Part shown: one piece after another, positions 57,190 to 64,000 of the stretch | Layout: each line of letters begins with the position of its first letter | Position numbering within the stretch: the first letter of the stretch is position 1 | Source of the DNA: Candidatus Thorarchaeota archaeon | GTDB taxonomy: Archaea; Asgardarchaeota; Thorarchaeia; Thorarchaeales; Thorarchaeaceae | Length of the DNA stretch: 64,000 bases | Direction: 5' to 3' | Assembly (NCBI GenBank): GCA_003345555.1 | Contig: PRDJ01000039.1 | Coordinates: 13,530 to 77,529, forward strand | Translations under genes and position numbers: made by a program | Notes under the pieces: model-generated | What the model was told of the DNA's origin: nothing | What the model saw: only the letters and a program-made list of their open reading frames with translations | The model's database searches: none

Positions 57190-60100
57190 ATGAAGAGAAT
57201 TAGCACCTCTTTGATAGTCATGTTCGTGATGTTGCTCTTTACAGGTGTGGGTTTTGCGGGTACTCCCGTTGCACTAAGTTCTGGATCTCAGCCCAGTCTG
57301 GTTGACCAGAGTCTCGACGCGGCCGGGCAGGGTGCGTACACCGGCACCGGCGCAGCACGCACTGCCACACTGAAAGGCATGACAAGCAACGTGACTGGAG
57401 TTACGAATCTTGACTCCACCGGGACAGCAACGACCAAGGTGCTCCGCCCGACGGGTTGGACAGGGACCAATCTGAGGACAGACATCAAAGGGCTGAGGGC
57501 ATGGTACTACAACGTCCTTAGGAACGGCAACTTCTCGACATACCACGATGAGATATACACCGAGCGGGGCGGCGAAGACCAGATTTCATTCCCTGATTAT
57601 TGGCGCCTTCACAAGTACGATGCGCATGGAAGTCAGAACGCTACAAGCGGATACCTATATTTCTCCGTAGAGGGCACAGATCCAGATTATTACTGGCGCA
57701 TGGTGATTGACGATTCTCCTCCCGACGCAGGCGAATACCTGTCTCTCTCCCAAGAACTGAAGCTGCCATACATGGCAATCGAAGAGATGCAAATCACCGT
57801 CTCATTCAGACCTGATTACTGGGGAGGCACATACAATAACTCATTCATGTTCATCAAGGTAGGAACGTATCAGATCTCAGATTACTGTTTCAGGAGTACG
57901 GACACTTTTGGTGCGAGACTATTGAGGACATACACTGTACCGGGTTCATACTTGTCTTCTCTTACTTGTCCAACTGCTGTGAATTTCGAGATAGGACACA
58001 AAGTCAAAACTGGCGTGAGTAGCGGATGGTATGGAGCCATTCTTGACATCATGTATGTCACTGTGGATATCAAGGTAAGGCCGCTCCCTGACAGAATAAA
58101 CATGAAAGCCAACTCAACCGCGATACTAGATGCAACAACTGGCAGCGGAGGTCCATACAAGGTACCTCTGGCTCAATACATCGCTGGGGTCTCGAGCCGA
58201 GATGGGTACAACATAGGCTCAAGCACGTTCGATATAAATGGGTATTCAGATGATGGCCACCTTTTCGTCGGTTATGCTCCAAACTGGGGTGGTGTCGGCC
58301 GAATGGGTCTTCAGATGCAGGTTTACGTCCCGAAGGGTGCCATCATTACGAGTGCAACCCTTACTCTTACTGGCGCAGACTACTCCGGGTCGCCCACCTA
58401 TCCAGCTAGATTACTAGTTGACGTGGCAGATCGTTCCAATTCCGCCACATTCACACAGGGCGGGACCACAATCCTGTCACAATCGACTTGGATGAATAAC
58501 CCCGTGGTTTGGCAATTCTCGAGTTTCAGTGGCGGGACGAAGTACACTTCACCAGACATCTCAGCTCTACTTCAAAGAGTTGTATCGAACAGCACATGGG
58601 CCAGTGGTAACTATGTCGTCCTGATGGTGTCTGGAGCGTATTTCGGCGGCGAGACGGTGGACGCCGGTCTTAACTTCTATGGTACTGCGGCCGGAGTGGA
58701 TGCGAATGTTGGATATCTCACCATGACCTGGCTTGTTCCGTCAAGCACGACAGAGCAGACCAAGTATACGAGCACGGGCTCTTGGTCAAGCACCAGCTCC
58801 GTATCATTGAGCTTTCAGTCAAACGCAACCGACGTTTCGTTCAGCTCGAACATGTACTTGAACGCCTCTATCATTGTAATCTCTCTAGACAACAATCTAA
58901 ATCCCGGCACAACATTCAGTGTGGCCAACAACACTGTCATGACTTGGACAGCCAATGTACTGGTATCACCGCCGGTGGGTGTGGGCTACACTAACATCTC
59001 TTTGAGCAAACCGGCAACTTCTTGGACCCTCTCAAGTGTTACCGATGCTGATGGTTCTACTCGAACGTCAGAAGTTACTATAACCTCAAATGCGGTGCAA
59101 GTCAAATCATCGGTGGTTGATGTATTTGGAATATGGAAGTTCGTTTTCACGGCCGACCAGCAGTTAGCCAGCCCGTATCTGCAATGTGGAATCAATGGTG
59201 GTAGCTACGCCAACACCTACACATACTATGTGGGGAACTCGGCCTCTTTCATCAGTTGGGCTCCATATTTGTCCACCAATGCAGAGCGTCTTTTGCTTAC
59301 TGCCCCCAGCGGTCAGCTTTTCTATGCCGTAGACGATCTTACGCAATCAGTTAACAGTCCATACCCCTTTGAATGGACTGGAATCACTGTCACGAGTGCA
59401 TGGCCGGCCGGGGTCTGGTACGCTGATGTGAACTTCAACAACACCAAAGGTGCCGTTCCTTCGGTTGTGGGTAGAGCAACGCGCAGTTTCACGGTCATAC
59501 ATGCGACGAGCCTGAGTCTAATATCGCCTGCCACTCAAATTACGAGTAGGATTGCAGGTAACTTGCTCTACGTTCAGGTAAAACTCACCGACACAGACAA
59601 CTCGGCTCTCGTAAGCGGTGCAACTGTTACTATGAACTGGACGAGTCCGAGCACTGTGACTCTTGACGACTGTGGCAACGGTTACTACGAGAAGACATTG
59701 AACACTACTGACTTGGGCACTGCCAAGAGATGGAGAATTGATCTGTCCGCCTCCAAATCATACTACTCTGGTTCGTTAACTTACTTCAATTTGGACTTGA
59801 CCCATTCAACGTTCTTGACCTATCAGACTCCAGCATCCGCACCCTACGGAGACGACTTCAGGGTCAAGGTGACGCTCTACAACGCTTTCACCAAGACGAC
59901 AGTACCCGGCGCTACTATCACATCCAACGGCACCTTCTTTGGCTCGCCCACAGATCACGGTAACGGCAGTTACACGGTCACATTCGAGACTTCCGGCCTA
60001 GGTGTGGGTGACTATCTGTATCGGATTATTGCGACTCCAGCCAGCGCGTATATTCTGGCAAGCAATGTGACCATCAGGTTCACCCTGCGCAATGTCTACA

Positions 60101-63100
60101 CTACCACGTACGGCGTGGGCGGCAGTTCGGTCTCAACACCTTACTCGATAAGCACATCCAAGATAATAACGTATAACGATACTGACCACGCGTTTGCAGG
60201 AATAGCCGGAGCATCGAATTCGGTTCAGAGCCCGACCGGCGTCATAACTACCGTGTCTGATTCTGGTGGAGGCAAGTACACAGTAAGCATCAATGTTGGT
60301 ACCAAGACTGTCGGAACGTACTTGATCAACATCACGCTGTCCAAGTCGAATTACTACAGCAGCACAATTCGGATCTCTCTGACTATTACGGCGCGTATCA
60401 CGAGCGTTGTCTGCAAATATACTAACATTGTTCCCTACGGGTCCAACTCCCCGTTCACTGTTACTTGGTATGACATTGACGGCGGAGGAGCAAACATCTC
60501 AGGTGTAGTGGCCATAAGCAGCATCACTGTCAATGGTACGTCCTATGGAAGCAATCCTAGTTTTGCATACGTTTGTAGTAGCCTCTCTGTGCGGAGCTAT
60601 GTACTGAACGTTACTGTAAACTCCGGCAATACCGGTTACAAGAGCTCATGGCAGATTGTGACTCTCACGGTCCGAAGCTTGGGCATCTATATCTACAATG
60701 AACCCAGTGATCTTGTGTTTCCAAGCGGTGACGATTTCGTCATTGTCATTCGCGTCAACATTAGCGAACCGGGCAATCAGTTCAACAAGCAGCCGATAAG
60801 CAACCTTACTGCTGCTCAGTTCACAATCTCGAACTCTACGTACACGTTCCCCAAGACGATTACAGCGCTCGGAAACGGTAGGTACAACCTTACGATAAGT
60901 CACACCTATCTGAACATGAATGCATACACAATCACCATACTTCTGACTCCAAGTAATTCGAGATTCGCTAGCGCGTCTGTGCAGATATCATTCAGCTACA
61001 GGGCGGCCAGAAGCTACCTTTCATCACCAAACTATCCTTACATTATCACACCATACGGGACATCGGTCGTAGTCACACTCAACTTCACCGATGTGGACCG
61101 CAACAAGGGTATCACAACAGCTGACATCACTGCTACGGGCATCTCGATATACGGAAAGACGAACGTCGGCAATGGCATCTATAGAGTGACGCTCAATGTC
61201 ACTGGTTTAGCTAAGGGAGATCATCAGTTCAACCTGAAAGCAACTGCATCACAATATCAGTCGCAGAATCTAACGTTCACTCTAACGGTCAGGATTGTCT
61301 TCACGTCTGTTATTCCAACGGTTGGTTCTCTTGACATACCCGTCGGCAACAGCCCCGTCTTCTATGTGAGGTTCTGGGACCAAGACAATAACCTGCCCAT
61401 AGCGGGCGCCACAATGACCAGCACTTGGATTAGGAGCTTGACAGTTACATACATACCAGCAGATCAAAGATACAGCGTTACTTTCGCAACTCTCGACACG
61501 GACATACTGAGATCCAACTATGTAGTAACCTTCAACTTCTCGAAGGGTGTCAACTATCAGCTCGGTATCTTCAATGTCACGATTACTATTCGAACTCACA
61601 ATACTGACTTTCGACTTGTGAGCGCCGTACAACCATCATCCTATAACGGTATCATCAACGTATCAGTGTACTACGGTGACCTCGATAACAATGCAGGAAT
61701 AAGGTCAAGTTATGTCCATCACAAAGTGATCAACTCAACGGGTTCTGTAAGCTCAACTTTGTACAATGATACGGTCTTAGGAGCTGGCTTCTACATAATC
61801 AGGATTCCAGCGTCTCAGTTTGCCGGTCTAGGTCTTCGGACTTTCACAATCTACTTCAACTGGACAGGTTCTGTCTACAAGTACCTCAATAAGACCTTGT
61901 CGACAAGCGTCAATCTTGTAGGTACTGATTCCAAATATACGTTGCTTGTGGCAGCCGAGCCGACAGCATATCTCAACAACATGAGCTACATGTTCCTCTA
62001 TGCTCAACTCAGCGGTATCGGCATTGACAACAGTTCCGGCAACGTTCATATCAGGGTCGCATTCCAAGGTGAATCCGTAGACCTGTCGAGAGTCAAGATT
62101 TGGTGGGTGGCGGGCGGGAACTACTCTATCCGCTTCAACACAACGGTGTTCACTCATACCGGTCTCATATACATGACTGTATACGTCAACTGGACCAAGG
62201 GTGCGGTGCCGTTCTACACAAACCGCACCGATGTGATTTCTGTTCGCATTCTCCCGCGAGACACACTTGTGTCCGTCATCCCACCATCGCCCACATCATG
62301 GGGCCAGAACGCAACGTTCACGTTTGCTTATGAGGATGTAACTGGAGGCGGCAGTGTACCCATCCCCTACAACGTTAAGATGACAATCAAGCTGAGCCTA
62401 TCTAGCTACACACTCACCTACAGCAGCGCGACCAAGTTATTCACGGTGTCGTTCAATTGCAGTCAATCTCCGATAGGTCTCGCGCCTCTTGGTTCGAAAT
62501 CCTTCATACTGAATGTCACCTGGGCTGGGTCGCCGTTTTACAACAACCGGACAGGTCAGTCGATCAGCATAACGGTGCTTGCTCGGCAGACGGTCTTGGA
62601 CTATCAGACTCCTGCCCCGACATCGTATTCCGACAATGTAACATTCGTCGTGAGTTGGTTTGACGTAACTACTGGTTCTTCTGTGGGAATCAATGGAGCA
62701 ACAGTAACGCTCTATGATGGTGCGGTTCCAGTGTCCGCGAGCAAGTACAAGGTCACGCCGCTCGGAGGAGGCAGCTACTCCATTCAGCTGAACACGACCT
62801 ACAAGTCGTCTCCTGGTACCTACGCTTTGAAGGTGATCCTCGACAAGTCTCTGTTCTACCTTCCGGCTGCCAACTCCACAAGGCAGTTCAGCATCATCTG
62901 GCGCATAACGCTTCTTTCATCAGAACCTGTTGATCAAGTACCCTACAACTCGTCGATCCAGGTCAGAATCCACTATCAAGACTTGCTGAGATTGACCTCA
63001 ATCGGGAATGGTTCAGGCTACACTTCAATCAAGATACTCAACGGGACAAGTTGGCTGTTCACGAGTTCTTGGCAATCCGCGTTTGACTACTACCTTCTTA

Positions 63101-64000
63101 CGATTCAAACCTACAATCAAGCCGGGCTCAAGCTTGGAACCGTATACACTCTACATCTCAACATGACCTACGCGAGTCTATCTCCATTCTATCGTTGGGA
63201 TGATGCTTACATAACATTCCAGCTGCGCCCGCGGACAACAAGCCTCAGTGCCTCCTCGCCGTCTTCTACACCGTATCTCGACTATGCCAACTTCACTGTC
63301 ACCTACTTGGACACAGATGCTGGTGGGAAAGGAATCGGGTCTGCTACCATTTCAATAAAGAAGAACGGCACACTTCTGACACCCGGTTCACAGTACTTGG
63401 CTGTTCAGACTTTGCCTGGTGTGTGGGCCATCTCGGTGAACTCCACAGCCCTGAATGCCCTGACCACGACTAGGATTGATGTCTATGCGACCTGGTTCGG
63501 AACGCCGTACTACGCCAACAACTCAAGGTCTGTTGACATCACGGTCATTCGGAGACCGACGGCAGTTGATGTTGTGACGCCGCCATCGCTCACGCGGTAT
63601 CTCGACAATGTCACATTTACAATCGGTTTCTCGGACGTCGAAAGAGGCAGCTACATCGGTAGCATAATCAACAACATCCTCATTTACAATGGTACGAAAT
63701 ACCTCACTTCGAGTCAGTATAAGGTGGTAACGGGTTCTGTTGCAGGCACCTTTGACATAAGGATTAACTCGACGATTCTGAGTGCTCACTTACTTACCAA
63801 CTATCAGATAACAGTGAAAGTGTACTGGCTCAACATACCGTACTACGCAAATGCAACAATCTCTGTGCGCTTAACAACTACGAACAGAGCTGGGGCGCTT
63901 ACTTGGGACCAGATTGATAACACTCCCATGGGTGACCTCCTGAACCTGACGTTCTACTACAAGGATCTCGATACAGGTCTAGGAATAGCAAACGCAATTG
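57190..64000 (+). CDS. giant secreted cell-surface protein (more than 2270 aa; 3' end beyond window) with reiterated ~100-aa beta-rich domains
   Basis: ATG at 57190 with a signal-peptide-like ISTSLIVMFVMLLFTGVGFAG. No complete ORF is listed in this frame, so it stays open to the window end. Recurring domain motif (T/S)P.P(T/S).Y.DNVTF.(V/F)...D...G.GI..ATV; very rich in T/S/N/Y with dozens of N-x-S/T sequons. Confidence 0.65.
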   Translation, partial: MKRISTSLIVMFVMLLFTGVGFAGTPVALSSGSQPSLVDQSLDAAGQGAYTGTGAARTATLKGMTSNVTGVTNLDSTGTATTKVLRPTGWTGTNLRTDIKGLRAWYYNVLRNGNFSTYHDEIYTERGGEDQISFPDYWRLHKYDAHGSQNATSGYLYFSVEGTDPDYYWRMVIDDSPPDAGEYLSLSQELKLPYMAIEEMQITVSFRPDYWGGTYNNSFMFIKVGTYQISDYCFRSTDTFGARLLRTYTVPGSYLSSLTCPTAVNFEIGHKVKTGVSSGWYGAILDIMYVTVDIKVRPLPDRINMKANSTAILDATTGSGGPYKVPLAQYIAGVSSRDGYNIGSSTFDINGYSDDGHLFVGYAPNWGGVGRMGLQMQVYVPKGAIITSATLTLTGADYSGSPTYPARLLVDVADRSNSATFTQGGTTILSQSTWMNNPVVWQFSSFSGGTKYTSPDISALLQRVVSNSTWASGNYVVLMVSGAYFGGETVDAGLNFYGTAAGVDANVGYLTMTWLVPSSTTEQTKYTSTGSWSSTSSVSLSFQSNATDVSFSSNMYLNASIIVISLDNNLNPGTTFSVANNTVMTWTANVLVSPPVGVGYTNISLSKPATSWTLSSVTDADGSTRTSEVTITSNAVQVKSSVVDVFGIWKFVFTADQQLASPYLQCGINGGSYANTYTYYVGNSASFISWAPYLSTNAERLLLTAPSGQLFYAVDDLTQSVNSPYPFEWTGITVTSAWPAGVWYADVNFNNTKGAVPSVVGRATRSFTVIHATSLSLISPATQITSRIAGNLLYVQVKLTDTDNSALVSGATVTMNWTSPSTVTLDDCGNGYYEKTLNTTDLGTAKRWRIDLSASKSYYSGSLTYFNLDLTHSTFLTYQTPASAPYGDDFRVKVTLYNAFTKTTVPGATITSNGTFFGSPTDHGNGSYTVTFETSGLGVGDYLYRIIATPASAYILASNVTIRFTLRNVYTTTYGVGGSSVSTPYSISTSKIITYNDTDHAFAGIAGASNSVQSPTGVITTVSDSGGGKYTVSINVGTKTVGTYLINITLSKSNYYSSTIRISLTITARITSVVCKYTNIVPYGSNSPFTVTWYDIDGGGANISGVVAISSITVNGTSYGSNPSFAYVCSSLSVRSYVLNVTVNSGNTGYKSSWQIVTLTVRSLGIYIYNEPSDLVFPSGDDFVIVIRVNISEPGNQFNKQPISNLTAAQFTISNSTYTFPKTITALGNGRYNLTISHTYLNMNAYTITILLTPSNSRFASASVQISFSYRAARSYLSSPNYPYIITPYGTSVVVTLNFTDVDRNKGITTADITATGISIYGKTNVGNGIYRVTLNVTGLAKGDHQFNLKATASQYQSQNLTFTLTVRIVFTSVIPTVGSLDIPVGNSPVFYVRFWDQDNNLPIAGATMTSTWIRSLTVTYIPADQRYSVTFATLDTDILRSNYVVTFNFSKGVNYQLGIFNVTITIRTHNTDFRLVSAVQPSSYNGIINVSVYYGDLDNNAGIRSSYVHHKVINSTGSVSSTLYNDTVLGAGFYIIRIPASQFAGLGLRTFTIYFNWTGSVYKYLNKTLSTSVNLVGTDSKYTLLVAAEPTAYLNNMSYMFLYAQLSGIGIDNSSGNVHIRVAFQGESVDLSRVKIWWVAGGNYSIRFNTTVFTHTGLIYMTVYVNWTKGAVPFYTNRTDVISVRILPRDTLVSVIPPSPTSWGQNATFTFAYEDVTGGGSVPIPYNVKMTIKLSLSSYTLTYSSATKLFTVSFNCSQSPIGLAPLGSKSFILNVTWAGSPFYNNRTGQSISITVLARQTVLDYQTPAPTSYSDNVTFVVSWFDVTTGSSVGINGATVTLYDGAVPVSASKYKVTPLGGGSYSIQLNTTYKSSPGTYALKVILDKSLFYLPAANSTRQFSIIWRITLLSSEPVDQVPYNSSIQVRIHYQDLLRLTSIGNGSGYTSIKILNGTSWLFTSSWQSAFDYYLLTIQTYNQAGLKLGTVYTLHLNMTYASLSPFYRWDDAYITFQLRPRTTSLSASSPSSTPYLDYANFTVTYLDTDAGGKGIGSATISIKKNGTLLTPGSQYLAVQTLPGVWAISVNSTALNALTTTRIDVYATWFGTPYYANNSRSVDITVIRRPTAVDVVTPPSLTRYLDNVTFTIGFSDVERGSYIGSIINNILIYNGTKYLTSSQYKVVTGSVAGTFDIRINSTILSAHLLTNYQITVKVYWLNIPYYANATISVRLTTTNRAGALTWDQIDNTPMGDLLNLTFYYKDLDTGLGIANAI

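Noticed and set aside
1-64000. Mobile elements, integrases, toxin-antitoxin pairs, restriction-modification or other defence systems
   Set aside because: I looked for DDE or tyrosine-recombinase motifs, terminal inverted repeats, tRNA-flanked islands and known defence ATPase or nuclease motifs, and found none. The window reads as core chromosome with lineage-specific eukaryote-like genes rather than an accessory island.

Overview
The window is dense archaeal chromosomal DNA with coding on both strands. I recognised no rRNA, tRNA, CRISPR array, transposase or integrase. Every call below comes from reading the translated ORFs and the raw DNA; no database search was run.

Most of the window is amino-acid and nucleotide housekeeping. 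It holds three glutamate dehydrogenase paralogs flanking a tandem Lrp/AsnC-like regulator, branched-chain aminotransferase, a tungsten-type aldehyde:ferredoxin oxidoreductase with its ferredoxin, threonine synthase, GluRS, ThiI, AlaX, PRPP-synthetase-like, PNP/UDP-family phosphorylase, SurE, an M20 peptidase, a GlmU-like enzyme and a ChlI/ChlD-like pair.

Interspersed with these is a cluster of proteins that look eukaryote-like:
- an ESCRT-III (Snf7/CHMP-like) protein at 7.8-8.5 kb;
- a 798-aa protein whose C-terminus aligns with the EAP30/Vps22 (ESCRT-II) tandem winged helix and ends in a YWFPGL motif (49.7-52.1 kb);
- a longin/roadblock-like domain fused to a Ras-superfamily small GTPase, next to a second longin-like/winged-helix protein and a coiled-coil Pro/Ala-rich protein (46.4-49.1 kb);
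- an HMf-type histone with an N-terminal tail, plus a 57-aa mini histone-fold ORF that is missing from the ORF track;
- a ribosomal S25e homolog with a long Lys/Pro/Ala-rich (H1-like) C-terminal tail.
Together these point to an Asgard-like or other ESCRT-bearing archaeon, but that is inference.

Other unusual content:
- two tandem paralogs of a DapA-like class I aldolase fused to a formaldehyde-activating-enzyme (Fae)-like domain;
- a translationally coupled pair of large (865 aa and 814 aa) all-helical proteins with no recognisable domains, behind an MBL-fold hydrolase;
- a polytopic membrane protein ending in tandem HhH DNA-binding motifs;
- two very large secreted, glycosylation-sequon-rich surface proteins, one of them running more than 2270 aa past the window end.
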